64,000 nucleotides of DNA from an uncultured delta proteobacterium (GTDB lineage: Bacteria > Desulfobacterota > Desulfuromonadia > Desulfuromonadales > JACZKF01), in contig CAWFKQ010000009.1 of NCBI GenBank assembly GCA_963816395.1, positions 1 through 64,000 on the forward strand, read 5' to 3'. The notes beneath the pieces are model-generated. The model searched no databases, was not told the DNA's origin, and saw only the letters and a program-made list of their open reading frames with translations. A program made the translations under genes and the position numbers. Within the stretch, counting starts at the first letter, position 1; every line of letters begins with the position of its first letter. Positions 7,828 through 17,930 of this stretch are shown here, piece by piece.

Positions 7828-9888
7828 CTAACTTCCCTTCTCAATTCTTATCCTTGCATCCACCGCAACGACTCTATTCTTCGATCCGAGCAATGGGTTA
7901 AGGTCGAGCTCTTTAATTTCAGGTGCGGCCTCGCAGAGTGCGGAAAGTCTTGTGATCGTCTCGGCAAATCTCTGTTCGTCAACCCCTTCCTGCCCTCTCG
8001 CCCCCTGAATGATTTTGTAGGATCGAAGGGATTTTATCATCTCTAATGCCCGGTTCTTGCTTACCGGGGAGAGTTCCGCTGCAGTGTCTTTTAAAACCTC
8101 GATAAAGACCCCGCCAAGTCCACAGAGGATCAGGTGCCCGAATTTTTCTTCGTAGTTTACGCCGACAAAAAGTTCGGTGCCGGAAAGCATCGGTTGAATG
8201 AGAATAGCCGTTGTGCCGGTTATCTTGATCATTCTTGCGAATTCAGTTACGACGGCTTCCGGATCTTTTACGTTGAGGACCACACCGCCTACGTCGGACT
8301 TGTGAACCGGCCCAACAACCTTCATAACGACAGGGAAACCAAGCTCCCCGGCTCTCTTCACGGCTTCTTCTTTACTGGCAACAACTGCCTCGCGGGCCCT
8401 GTCGATGCCTGCTGCATCGAGAAGCGCCTGCACCTGTTCAGGGGTGAGATACCCTGCGTTGCAGCCGCTGATGATTCTTCTGACGGCGGCTTGATCGATC
8501 GCGGGGAGCACGACCTGCTCCTCCGGTTTAGTGGTTTTCGCCACCGCCGCCAAGGCACGGGCGAGCAGCACCTCATCGGAGAAGGACACATTCCCCAGGG
8601 ATTGGAAGTAATCCGCTTCCTTCTTTGCGGTCACGACGGAAGGAAGGACCGTATAGACAGGCTTGCGGGAAGCCTTACTCTTCGCGGAAATGACGTCCAA
8701 GGCCTCGGTAATGTCGGTCAGCCCCGTCGAACCGAAGATAACCGCCATGCCGTCCACTTCTTCGAACTTGTGGTTGACGGCGTCGATGGCATGGGCCACG
8801 TGCTGGGGCGTTCCGGTGGCAATAAAGTCGATGGGGTTGGCCACGCTTGACCCAGGATAGAGTTTGGCCAGCAAGGCATCGGCGTCAGGTCCTTCCAGAT
8901 GAGGAACCTGCATCCCCCCTTTTTCGAGGGCGTCCGTCAACATTACACCGGGACCGCCCGCCTGGGTTATTACGGCCATCCTCTGGCCTTCAAGCTCAGG
9001 AAGACAGAGAATCGCGGCAGTTGTCACAATGTCTTCCTTGCCGTGGCAGCGGACGATGCCGGCTTTCCTGAAAAGCGCATCCACCGCTCGGTCGGGGCTT
9101 GCCAGAGCTCCGGTGTGGGAGGTCACCGCACGAATTCCCGCCTCGGACGTACCGGATTTGATTGCAGCGATCTTACACCCCTTCCTGATCAGTGAGGAGG
9201 CGTGTTTGAGAAGCTTCTTGGGCTGTTTGACATTCTCGATGTAGAAAAGTTTGATTCTTGAACTTGTTTCCGGATCAAAGGTTTCGTCCCAGTACTGAAT
9301 AACATCCTCAACACCGATCTGAGCCGAATTGCCGACGGTGAACATGCTTGAGAACGAGAGACCCATCAACATCCCCTTCTCTACAATCCAGGCGGCGGTT
9401 GCACCTGAGGCACAAACGAAATCGCACCCTTTCGGATCCAGCTTGGGGATAGGGCCGGCAAATATACCGGCATAGTTCTGGGTAAGCACGCCAATGCAGT
9501 TCGGCCCGATAAGGGAGCCGTCGTTATTTTCGATGATCTCAAGTATTTCGTCCTGAAGTTTCTGCCCTTCAGCGCCCATTTCGGAGAATCCCGCCGAGAG
9601 AACGATAAACGCTTTACAGTTTTTGTTCTTTGCAAGTTCTGCCACCGTATCTTTTACATAAGAGGCGGCAATACAGATCATCGCCATTTCGACCTCGGGC
9701 ACTTCCGCTACGTCCTTGAAACATAGTAACCCCTGAACTTCGACCTCTTTGGGGTTTACAGCATAAATTGCCCCCCTGAAGCTGTTCTCGGTCAGATTCT
9801 TGATGAGTGCACCACCAACCTTCGACTTATCGTTCGAGCCACCAATAATGACGATAGACCCGGGATCGATCAACTGCCGATTTACCAT
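7828..9888 (-). CDS. ADP-forming acyl-CoA synthetase (fused AcdA/AcdB)
   Basis: CoA-binding fold, IGPNCIG, SHTGALA phospho-His, NPIDF, C-terminal ATP-grasp HKSDVGGV. Confidence 0.9.
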   Translation of the reverse strand: MVNRQLIDPGSIVIIGGSNDKSKVGGALIKNLTENSFRGAIYAVNPKEVEVQGLLCFKDVAEVPEVEMAMICIAASYVKDTVAELAKNKNCKAFIVLSAGFSEMGAEGQKLQDEILEIIENNDGSLIGPNCIGVLTQNYAGIFAGPIPKLDPKGCDFVCASGATAAWIVEKGMLMGLSFSSMFTVGNSAQIGVEDVIQYWDETFDPETSSRIKLFYIENVKQPKKLLKHASSLIRKGCKIAAIKSGTSEAGIRAVTSHTGALASPDRAVDALFRKAGIVRCHGKEDIVTTAAILCLPELEGQRMAVITQAGGPGVMLTDALEKGGMQVPHLEGPDADALLAKLYPGSSVANPIDFIATGTPQHVAHAIDAVNHKFEEVDGMAVIFGSTGLTDITEALDVISAKSKASRKPVYTVLPSVVTAKKEADYFQSLGNVSFSDEVLLARALAAVAKTTKPEEQVVLPAIDQAAVRRIISGCNAGYLTPEQVQALLDAAGIDRAREAVVASKEEAVKRAGELGFPVVMKVVGPVHKSDVGGVVLNVKDPEAVVTEFARMIKITGTTAILIQPMLSGTELFVGVNYEEKFGHLILCGLGGVFIEVLKDTAAELSPVSKNRALEMIKSLRSYKIIQGARGQEGVDEQRFAETITRLSALCEAAPEIKELDLNPLLGSKNRVVAVDARIRIEKGS

Positions 9889-9924
9889 AGTTTGCGCCTC
9901 CCCATAAAGTTAGGTGGTTTGGAG

Positions 9925-10140
9925 ACCTTATGCAAGAATTGGCCAACTCCTCGTCCGCGATATCGAACAGCAGTCCCTTCCCTGGGAGGACTCGCTGTAC
10001 ATGAACTCAGGCAGACGGTCATCCTTGGAGCTGAATCCTGCGGACCAATTGAACTGCCGCTCCAGCATGCGCGTCTGTACCCCGGGCTCCATCAGGTGGG
10101 GGATGTCCCACCCGGTGCCGCCTTTAAAACCCGGTTTGTA
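9925..10140 (-). pseudogene. C-terminal remnant of an aldehyde:ferredoxin oxidoreductase
   Basis: Minus strand reads MLERQFNWSAGFSSKDDRLPEFMYSE...LFDIADEEL, typical of an AOR C-terminus. Confidence 0.65.
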
Positions 10141-10384
10141 TACCTAAGCTACTGAAAACTGCAAAACCTTCCAATTGCACTTTGGTGCAGTATCCGCTGT
10201 GAACAGCAAGGAAAACCTTTGCATATCGAGATCTTCACCCCTAGAAGGCAGGAAGCGAAAATCAAACGATTTTCTAGAAGGTGGCGTCTGCTCGGAAGGA
10301 GGCGGACAATGTATTCTGGATTTGTGTCGGGATGAGGACGAAAAAGAGACAGCGTAGCGCTCAAAGCACTGTGTATCGAAAAAC

Positions 10385-10715
10385 GGCTATTATACCTGGC
10401 GGGAACCGGAAGTCGTCGGCAAGAGAGCTTGAGGATGAGCGGTTGAAGGTGGCGATCAAGGCTGCCCACGAATGGGGCAGGGGCACCACGGAGCTGAGAA
10501 GATTCAGGAGGAATTGGCCGACGTCGAGAAGATCAAGGTCGGGGTATCAAACAGCTGCGTCGCGAGATGAATCTCCGCTACAAGCAGCTCAGGAAGTACA
10601 AGGCGAAGACCTGCCCAAAGCACAACCTGTCCGTCGCGCCTGACCTGTGGATCAGGGCTTCGCGGTGTCAGACCCGAATCAGGTCTGGTTCGCCGACATC
10701 ACCTACGCGGAGGAG
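10385..10715 (+). mobile_element. IS3-family transposase (OrfB) remnant
   Basis: GYYTWR...ELEDERLKVAIKAAH...LRREMNLRYKQLRKYKAKT...NQVWFADITY; broken and truncated. Confidence 0.8.
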
Positions 10716-10785
10716 ACCGCCTGACCGAGTTATGGTGTCCACCTTGCGGACCGACCTCAGTTTCGAAACAGGTGGATTCAAACTA

Positions 10786-11742
10786 TCATTTAGCTCTCAA
10801 AGCTGCAGTAATGGCCGGCAGCACCTTCAGGGCATCCCCAACGATTCCGTAATCGGCGAATCGGAATATTGGCGCATTTGCATCGGTGTTGATTGCCACC
10901 ACCACCTTGGAGGTATCCATTCCCATCGTGTGGTGAACAGCGCCGGAAACACCGGCGACGATGTAGAGCCCGGGCGAAACTGTCTTGCCCGATTTTCCTA
11001 CCTGGTCGTTGTGGTCAGCCCATCCGGCGTCGACCACCGCTCGGCTCACACCCACGGCGCCGCCAAGCACCTCGGCCAGATCTTCAAGCATGGAGAGGTT
11101 CTCCATCCCCTTCATACCGCGGCCGCCGCACACCACGACCTGCGCTTCAGTCAGAGGGATTTTTCCAGCCTCGCGCGGCTTAAGCTCCTCGATGCTGACT
11201 TTGCCAGGTGCGACGTCGACCTCAACCGTTTGTACCTGCGGCGCTGCTATCTTCCCCGGCTCTATGGAGAAGCTGTTTGGCCTGACCACTGCCACGCATC
11301 CCCCTTCACCGGCGCCATAGGTTGCGTAAGCCTTACCGCCGCACACCGGCCGGGTGATCGCAAACTGGCCATCCTCCCATTCGATCCCGGTAGCGTTGAC
11401 CAGCGCCGCATATTTCAAATTAACCGCTATCGCGGGAGCCAGCTCCCGCCCTCTATCGCTATCGCCGAAGAGGATCAACCGCGGGGAGGCCTCGGCGCAC
11501 CTGCCGCCGAGGGCCTCGGCCCACGCGCCTGCGTCATAGCTCCCCAAGTGATCACCTTTCAGGCATATGATCTGATGGGCCTGCCCGGCCAACTTGCCGG
11601 CCAACTCAGCCTCAGCGCCGACCACGACCGCCACTGTTTCCATTCCGGCCTCTGCGCCGACTTTCCTGGCCTGGCTCAGCAGCTCATAAGTGGTGGGGCT
11701 GAAATCGTCCCCTCGGGCCTCGCATATCGTCCAGATCGCCAT
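10786..11742 (-). CDS. etfA: Electron transfer flavoprotein alpha subunit
   Basis: VVCGGRG, SRAVVDAGW, QVGKSGKTV, GVSGAVHH, AINTDANAPIF. Confidence 0.93.
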   Translation of the reverse strand: MAIWTICEARGDDFSPTTYELLSQARKVGAEAGMETVAVVVGAEAELAGKLAGQAHQIICLKGDHLGSYDAGAWAEALGGRCAEASPRLILFGDSDRGRELAPAIAVNLKYAALVNATGIEWEDGQFAITRPVCGGKAYATYGAGEGGCVAVVRPNSFSIEPGKIAAPQVQTVEVDVAPGKVSIEELKPREAGKIPLTEAQVVVCGGRGMKGMENLSMLEDLAEVLGGAVGVSRAVVDAGWADHNDQVGKSGKTVSPGLYIVAGVSGAVHHTMGMDTSKVVVAINTDANAPIFRFADYGIVGDALKVLPAITAALRAK

Positions 11743-11822
11743 AAGATCTTCCTTCCTTCTGTCGTTTCCGCCTACCCACAGCGTCCGCCCCAGCGGAGCG
11801 CACCTCTCCCGAACAATGGGGG

Positions 11823-12590
11823 TCAGATCAGCTTTACCTTGTCGCGCAACAGCCGGACCAGTTCACCGGCAGCCTGTGGGGCATCACCTTCGATCATCTT
11901 TACGGGGGGGCGTACCTTGGGCCGGTTGTAACACCGGACCTTGGGCGACAAACCGGCTTCGACGCCGACTTCGGCAAGGCTGACCTTGGGCACTTCAGCT
12001 CTCATCGCCTTCATCAGCCCCATCACCTGGGGAACGCGCGGTTTATAAAGGCCCTTTTCAGCGGTCAGCGCCAAAGGCAGGGAGGCTTTCACCGTCTCAG
12101 TGCCTCTCTCGGTTTCCCTTTTGGCCGTGACGACTGTTCCGTCTATCTGGAGGTCGGTCACTCCTTGCACACAGGCGATGTCGAGCAGTTTGGCTACCAT
12201 GGGCCCGACCATCCCGGCTTCATCGTCGGTGGATTTCTTTCCGGCAAGGACCAGGTCGAACCCTTCTCGCTCAACCAGGCCGGCAAGCGCCTGTGCCACC
12301 ATCAGAGGGCCAGCGCCTTCCAGCGCCGGATCGTCGATGTGGATCACCCGGTCCGCCCCCATAGCCAACGCCCTGCGTAGCGCTTCGACTCCTGTTCCAT
12401 TACCAGCTGAAACAGCGTAGATTTCCGCGCTGCCAATTGACTGCTTGACCTGCAGGGCGGCTTCTACCGCTATCTCATCGAAGTAGTTCAAGATGCGCTT
12501 CTTCTCTATGTTTAGAGCTTTGCCTCCTTCGGCAATCTCGACATGGGCCTCGAGATCGGGCACTTCTTTGACCAGAACTGCAATCTTCAT
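11823..12590 (-). CDS. etfB: Electron transfer flavoprotein beta subunit
   Basis: MKIAVLVKEVPD, DEIAVEAAL, ALAMGAD, DLVLAGKKSTD. Confidence 0.93.
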   Translation of the reverse strand: MKIAVLVKEVPDLEAHVEIAEGGKALNIEKKRILNYFDEIAVEAALQVKQSIGSAEIYAVSAGNGTGVEALRRALAMGADRVIHIDDPALEGAGPLMVAQALAGLVEREGFDLVLAGKKSTDDEAGMVGPMVAKLLDIACVQGVTDLQIDGTVVTAKRETERGTETVKASLPLALTAEKGLYKPRVPQVMGLMKAMRAEVPKVSLAEVGVEAGLSPKVRCYNRPKVRPPVKMIEGDAPQAAGELVRLLRDKVKLI

Positions 12591-12677
12591 GTTTGTCTCC
12601 TGCAAAGCGGCTATTGCCACTCCCTTTGGCCGGGACCAGCCTCCGCTTTCGATCTGTTGCTTGCAGCTTCGCAGTTG

Positions 12678-13826
12678 TCAGCGGCCAACAACTATTTCCC
12701 GACCGATGAAATTACGCAAAATCTCATGGGTGCCACCTCCGTACAAGAGGAAGCGGGCATCCCTGAAGTAGCGCTGAGGGCCATACTCCTGGGCGAAACC
12801 GTTGGCGCCATAGATGCGGGTCACTTCATCAACCACTTTAAGACAAGTCTCGGTGGCAAACATCTTCGCCATCGCTGCGTGTTTGCGGGTGGGAAGCCCC
12901 TCGCACATCATCCAGGCGGTCTGGTAGACCATCAGCCGGGAGGCCTCCATTTCCGTAGCCATATCGGCAAATTTTGCGCGGATCAGCTGGTAGTCGCCGA
13001 TGGGTTTCCCGAAGGCTTCGCGTTTACGCGCATATTCAAGGGCGTCATCAAACGCAGCGCGTGCAATGCCGAGGGCCATGGCGCCAGTCATGCAGCGCAC
13101 CTCGTCGAGGATCTCTCCAAGGTAGGCCACACCTTTGCCCTCCTCCTCACCGAGGAGGTTCTCGTCGGGCACAAACACATCCTCGAGGACCAATTCGCCG
13201 GTGACCGGCCCACGGGCTCCGAGTTTGTGGAGGATCTGCCCAGGGCTGAACCCCTCCGTGCCCTTCTCCACCAGGAAGAAATTAAGTCCTTTCATCCCCA
13301 GCGCGGGGTCCGTGGTGGCGAGCACGGTGGCAAAATCGGCGATGGGGCCGTTCGTGATCCAGTTCTTAGTGCCGTTGAGTACCCATCCGCCCGCAACCTT
13401 TTTCGCCAGCGTGCGGGTGGCCGCAAGGTCCGACCCCGACTGATCCTCAGTAAAGCACATCGTGGAGATCTTCTCGCCACGGAGCGCCGGCATGAGGCAG
13501 CGCTCTTTGATCTCTGGGCTGCCGAAGCGGTAGAGGAAATGAGTGCCCATCAGGGTGTTCATGATTACAGCCTGGGCGAAGCCAACCGAACCGCGCGATA
13601 TTTCCTCGTAAAAGATCATGGAGGTCACCGGGTCGGCCGCCATTCCGCCTAGCTCTTCCGGGTAACGCAACCCGAGGTAGCCAAGAGCGGTAAACTCCTT
13701 CCACAGTTCCGTGGGGAACTCGTCAGTCTCGTCGATCTTCTCGACGTGGGGCATGATCATTCTCTCAACAGTGTCGAAAACTGCTGTGCGAAAAAACTTT
13801 TGCTCTTCAGTCAGTCCAAAATGCAT
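12678..13826 (-). CDS. Acyl-CoA dehydrogenase-family protein (possibly decarboxylating)
   Basis: TEDQSGSD, NGTKNWITN, REAFGKPI, YGANGF; the usual YEGT motif reads YGGGT. Confidence 0.88.
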   Translation of the reverse strand: MHFGLTEEQKFFRTAVFDTVERMIMPHVEKIDETDEFPTELWKEFTALGYLGLRYPEELGGMAADPVTSMIFYEEISRGSVGFAQAVIMNTLMGTHFLYRFGSPEIKERCLMPALRGEKISTMCFTEDQSGSDLAATRTLAKKVAGGWVLNGTKNWITNGPIADFATVLATTDPALGMKGLNFFLVEKGTEGFSPGQILHKLGARGPVTGELVLEDVFVPDENLLGEEEGKGVAYLGEILDEVRCMTGAMALGIARAAFDDALEYARKREAFGKPIGDYQLIRAKFADMATEMEASRLMVYQTAWMMCEGLPTRKHAAMAKMFATETCLKVVDEVTRIYGANGFAQEYGPQRYFRDARFLLYGGGTHEILRNFIGREIVVGR

Positions 13827-13953
13827 GGGTCCCGCTCCTGATTGGATCGGCCCGGGAGGACGGATATATTGCTACTACTACCGCTGGCCCCCACAGGCTG
13901 TTTTCAAATGTCAGGCCGCCATGGCCCTCTAGCAGGGTGTTGAAAAACTCGTC

Positions 13954-15147
13954 TCAGATCACGCCACTTGTCTTCAGCTGGTCTAAGTCTTCGCTGCTTA
14001 TACCCAGCAAGTCTCCGTATATCTTCAGGTTGTGCTCTCCGAATCTGGGCGGGAAGCTAAGCTTGCGCCCATTCTCCTTCAGGTATGGGGTCATAAAGGG
14101 GGGCGGGGCGTGGGTAACCGACATCCCCGACACGGGGTCGGTGCTCGACAGGAGCTTGTCGCGAACGGCCACATCCTCGCAAACCTCGGTAACTGTCTGG
14201 ACTTTTGCCACCGGAATGAGCCCTTGGCGAAGCACCGCCAGCAGCTCCTCGGTGTCCCAGTTGCGGGTTACCGCGGCTATCTTCTCGTTGAGCGCATCCA
14301 CGTTGGCAATTCGCCCGGCGTTGGAGGCGTAGGCCTCGTCTTCGATCCCCTCGAAGCCCTTGATCTTCAGCAGCCGCTGCCACTGGATGTCGTTTCCCAC
14401 CGCTATGTAAACGTAGCTGTCCCGAGTCGGGTATACACTCACCGGGGAGAAGAACTCGTGCGTGTTCCCGCGGCGCGACATCTTCTTGCCGAAGGTCTTC
14501 GTCATGGTGATGGGCTGGGTGAGCCAGCTGACGGTGGAGTCTATCATGGCAAGGTCGATGCGGCTGCCTTTACCCGTAACGGCGCGCTCGTAAAGCGCCC
14601 TCATGACCAGCCCGTAGGCATGTTCACTGGTGCCCATGTCAGGCAGGGGGATACCGACAACCTGAGGGGACTGTCCGGTCTCTCCGGTAAGCTCCATCAA
14701 CCCGCCCCGCGCCTGGAGGATCGGATCATACGCGGCTTCGCTGGAATCAGGCCCGAACCCGGTCACTCCCAGCCAAATCAGATCGGGCTTGACCCCTTTG
14801 AGAATGTCATAGGCGATACCCAAAGGTTCGTAGTTCTTGGGCAGTTGGTTGGTGGCGAAGACGTCCACATCCAGCTTCACCAGCAGATCGCGAAGCAGTT
14901 CCTGCCCCTTCGGGTCCTTAAGGTTGAGGGTAAGCGCCTCTTTGCCGGCGTTGATAGCGACGTAGTAGCTGCGCATATCATTCTCACCAGACAGGAAAAG
15001 GTCGCCAACCTTGCGGTTTGGGTCGCCATAGACCGGATGTTCCAAGCGGATCACCCGCATGCCGTCATGGGCCAAGCGATAGGTCAGGTAGGGTAACACC
15101 GTCGCCTGTTCAAGGCTCAGTATCGTCATATCGCGAAGCGGTTTCAT
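13954..15147 (-). CDS. Family III CoA-transferase (CaiB/BaiF)
   Basis: NAGKEALTLNLK, GFG...AYDPILQARGGLM, catalytic Asp in PLPDMG. Confidence 0.9.
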   Translation of the reverse strand: MKPLRDMTILSLEQATVLPYLTYRLAHDGMRVIRLEHPVYGDPNRKVGDLFLSGENDMRSYYVAINAGKEALTLNLKDPKGQELLRDLLVKLDVDVFATNQLPKNYEPLGIAYDILKGVKPDLIWLGVTGFGPDSSEAAYDPILQARGGLMELTGETGQSPQVVGIPLPDMGTSEHAYGLVMRALYERAVTGKGSRIDLAMIDSTVSWLTQPITMTKTFGKKMSRRGNTHEFFSPVSVYPTRDSYVYIAVGNDIQWQRLLKIKGFEGIEDEAYASNAGRIANVDALNEKIAAVTRNWDTEELLAVLRQGLIPVAKVQTVTEVCEDVAVRDKLLSSTDPVSGMSVTHAPPPFMTPYLKENGRKLSFPPRFGEHNLKIYGDLLGISSEDLDQLKTSGVI

Positions 15148-15216
15148 CCAACTCCTCTCGGTTTCACACGGCCAACGATTATTTATCGCTGTCGGTTGGG
15201 AAGATACTCTCCCCTA

Positions 15217-15645
15217 TCATTCCTCGTCGTAAGAGCGGTCGAACTCTCCATCGAGGATTTCTGTGAGCACGCCGCCAAGTTTGGCGGGGGGCTGGATGAA
15301 TGCGTAGCGGTTGCCCATCAGTTCCCTGGGTTTTTTGTCAATGGTGAATTCGCCCCTCTCCTGGAGCGCTTTGAGGCCTTCCGCCGCGTCGTCGACCCGG
15401 TAGCTGATCAGGAAGAACCCCTCACCCCGCTTCTCCAGAAAACGCCCCACCTCGCTGTCGGGACGGGTTGGCTCCATCAACTCGAGTGCGACATTCTCAA
15501 GGTAAAACCTGGCGACCCGAATACTCTCCGATTCTGCGGTGTACCAGCCATCGGGCTCCATCCCGAGCGTCTGGCGGTAAGCTTCGACGCTGGCCTCAAG
15601 GTCTCGGACAACAAAACAGATATGGTCTATTGCTTTAGCCTTCAT
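15217..15645 (-). CDS. VOC-family protein, methylmalonyl-CoA epimerase-like
   Basis: IDHICFVVRDL, LELMEP, FLEKRGEG, AFIQP..GGVLTE. Confidence 0.8.
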   Translation of the reverse strand: MKAKAIDHICFVVRDLEASVEAYRQTLGMEPDGWYTAESESIRVARFYLENVALELMEPTRPDSEVGRFLEKRGEGFFLISYRVDDAAEGLKALQERGEFTIDKKPRELMGNRYAFIQPPAKLGGVLTEILDGEFDRSYDEE

Positions 15646-17930
15646 TGGCTCTCCTCCCTGCCGGTTTCCTCGATAGCCGCCAGAACTCTGTCCGGAGTAA
15701 ACGGGAAGTCGTGGATGTAAGTGCCGATGGCGTTGGCTATGGCGTTGGTGTAGGCCTGCGCCGTGCACATCGAGATGGAAAGCCCACCCTCCTTGGCGCC
15801 ATACGGGCCAGCCGGATCATCAGCCTCCACTATGAAATTGTGTATTGGCGGCATATCCGGCGCCAGCGGCACTTTGTAATCAAGGAAGTTGGTGTTGAGG
15901 TTGGCGCCATTGTGCCACTTGCACGCCTCCAACAGGATGCCGCCGTGGCCGCCCATTGCGACTCCTGCATCCATCTGGCCCTCCACCTCGGCGGGATTGA
16001 TCGCCTTGCCGCAGTCGTGACAGGCCCACACATCGAGCACGTCCACCTGCCCTGTCTCCGGGTCGACCTCCACCTCCACCACGGCGCTGCCATAGCTGAA
16101 AGCCGCTGCGAACTGCCCCTTGGGGTTCTTGATCCACTCGCGCTTCTGGTCGACGTTGGGACCCCAGCTGCCGTGGCCGATAACCGCCTTGCCCTGGAGC
16201 AGGCCCAAACGGACCACCTTGGACAGGGCCATGGCCCTGCTTCTGGCGCCCCGGACGAAAACCTCGCCATCCTCCATTTCGAGGTCCTCGATAGCCGACT
16301 CCATCGCCTCAGAGGCGATCTCGAAGATCTGCCGCTTGGCGTCCTCGCAGGCGCGGCGTACCGCATTACCGCTGCCAAGTGTAGTGGCTTGGGAATATGC
16401 TCCCTGGTCGATCGGAGTAATCTCGGTGTCGCTAGCGGTGAGCCGGATTTCATCGATGGGCAAGCGCAGGGTTTCGGCTGCTATCTGAAGCACCACGCCC
16501 TCGTTGCCCTGACCATTGTCAACCACTCCTGAGATCAAATTTGCGCCGCCATCTTCGTCGAACTTCACCATTGCGGCGGAGCCGCCACGAATGCCCATGG
16601 GAAATCCGCTCATCACACTGACGCTGCCGATCCCTATGCCGCGCCACTTGGGCAACTTGCCCCACTTCTCCTGAAAGCGGCTGGCCTTGGCGACGGCGTC
16701 CACTGTCTCCAGGCTGGCCATCGACGCGATGTAACTCTGGGTAGGCGTCGTCTCTCCCCCCTTGAGGGCGTTAATGCGCCTGATCTCCACAGGATCGAGC
16801 CCCAGGGCCTCGGCAGCCATGTCGAGCTGCATGTCGATGTTGCACGCCCAGGCGCGCCCGTGGGTGCGGATCATCCCGCGTATCGGTTTGTTGGTGTAGA
16901 CGCGGTAGCCGTTGTAACGGACGTTGGGCACCCGGTAGGTCTGCTCGAAACACAAAAACGGGACGCTGGTGGCGATCGGGCCGGTGGAAGAATAGGCCCC
17001 GCCATCCATGTGAGCGGTGACATCAACCGCGTGCAGCGTGCCATCTTTTTTGAATCCAAAAGTGGTCTCGACCACCATGGAGTGTCCTTGGCGGATGGCT
17101 ATGGAGTTCTCCTCGCGGGTGTAAAGGAGTCGCACCGGACGCCGGGTCTTCCGGGAGAGCAGGGCGGCTATGTACTCGCCGGGGAACAGGTCACTCCGCC
17201 CACCAAACGCCCCGCCAATACTGATATGGCGCACATGGACTCTGGAAACCGGAAGCCCAAGCGCATTTGCGAGTCCTTTGGCTTTCGTATGTGGACTCGC
17301 GTTGGGCATCCACACCTCCACCGTCCCTTGCCGGTCACAGTGGACAAGCACGGCATAGGACTCGGTCATGAAGTAACTCTCTTCTTCGGACCGGGTGACC
17401 TCGGTGCGTACGTAGTCGCATTCCTCCAGGGCTCCGTCGACGTCCCCAACCGAGATAGGGACATGAATATTCATATTTCCGGGCGCGTGCTCGTGGATCT
17501 GCGGCGCGCCCTCCGCCATGGCCGACTCCGGGTCGAATACGCCATCCAGCAGCTCATACTCAACTTCAATCAGCCCGACGGCCTCCCTGGCGATATCTTC
17601 GGTCTCAGCCGCCACACCGGCTATCTCTTCGCCAATATAGCGGACCTTCTCCCTGGCCAGAAACTCCTGGTCGCGGGTGTATTGAAAGACGCCCCACTTT
17701 ACTCCTGAGCTGTCGGCGGCGGTCACCACCGCCTTGACGCCGGGGAGAGCCTCAGCCTTGGAGGTGTCCAGCCGAACGATACGGGCGTGGGCATAAGGAC
17801 TACGCAACACCGCTGCGTGAAGCATGGCGGGTAGAGTCATGTCCGCTGTATAAGTCGCCTCACCCGTAGCCTTCAGACGCGCATCTCGGCGGGGAATCGA
17901 GGTTCCGATAATATATCTGGTCGAGCTCAT
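15642..17930 (-). CDS. Xanthine dehydrogenase-family molybdopterin subunit, HcrA-like
   Basis: RSPYAHARI, GGAFGG, IRTHG, DNGQG, HDCGKAINP, GPYGAKE. Confidence 0.88.
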   Translation of the reverse strand: MSSTRYIIGTSIPRRDARLKATGEATYTADMTLPAMLHAAVLRSPYAHARIVRLDTSKAEALPGVKAVVTAADSSGVKWGVFQYTRDQEFLAREKVRYIGEEIAGVAAETEDIAREAVGLIEVEYELLDGVFDPESAMAEGAPQIHEHAPGNMNIHVPISVGDVDGALEECDYVRTEVTRSEEESYFMTESYAVLVHCDRQGTVEVWMPNASPHTKAKGLANALGLPVSRVHVRHISIGGAFGGRSDLFPGEYIAALLSRKTRRPVRLLYTREENSIAIRQGHSMVVETTFGFKKDGTLHAVDVTAHMDGGAYSSTGPIATSVPFLCFEQTYRVPNVRYNGYRVYTNKPIRGMIRTHGRAWACNIDMQLDMAAEALGLDPVEIRRINALKGGETTPTQSYIASMASLETVDAVAKASRFQEKWGKLPKWRGIGIGSVSVMSGFPMGIRGGSAAMVKFDEDGGANLISGVVDNGQGNEGVVLQIAAETLRLPIDEIRLTASDTEITPIDQGAYSQATTLGSGNAVRRACEDAKRQIFEIASEAMESAIEDLEMEDGEVFVRGARSRAMALSKVVRLGLLQGKAVIGHGSWGPNVDQKREWIKNPKGQFAAAFSYGSAVVEVEVDPETGQVDVLDVWACHDCGKAINPAEVEGQMDAGVAMGGHGGILLEACKWHNGANLNTNFLDYKVPLAPDMPPIHNFIVEADDPAGPYGAKEGGLSISMCTAQAYTNAIANAIGTYIHDFPFTPDRVLAAIEETGREESQ

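Noticed and set aside
10786..12590. Electron-bifurcating FixABCX complex
   Set aside because: EtfB reads GKKSTDDEAG rather than the DGDTxQVGP-type motif of bifurcating ETFs, so plain ETF-to-quinone transfer is more likely
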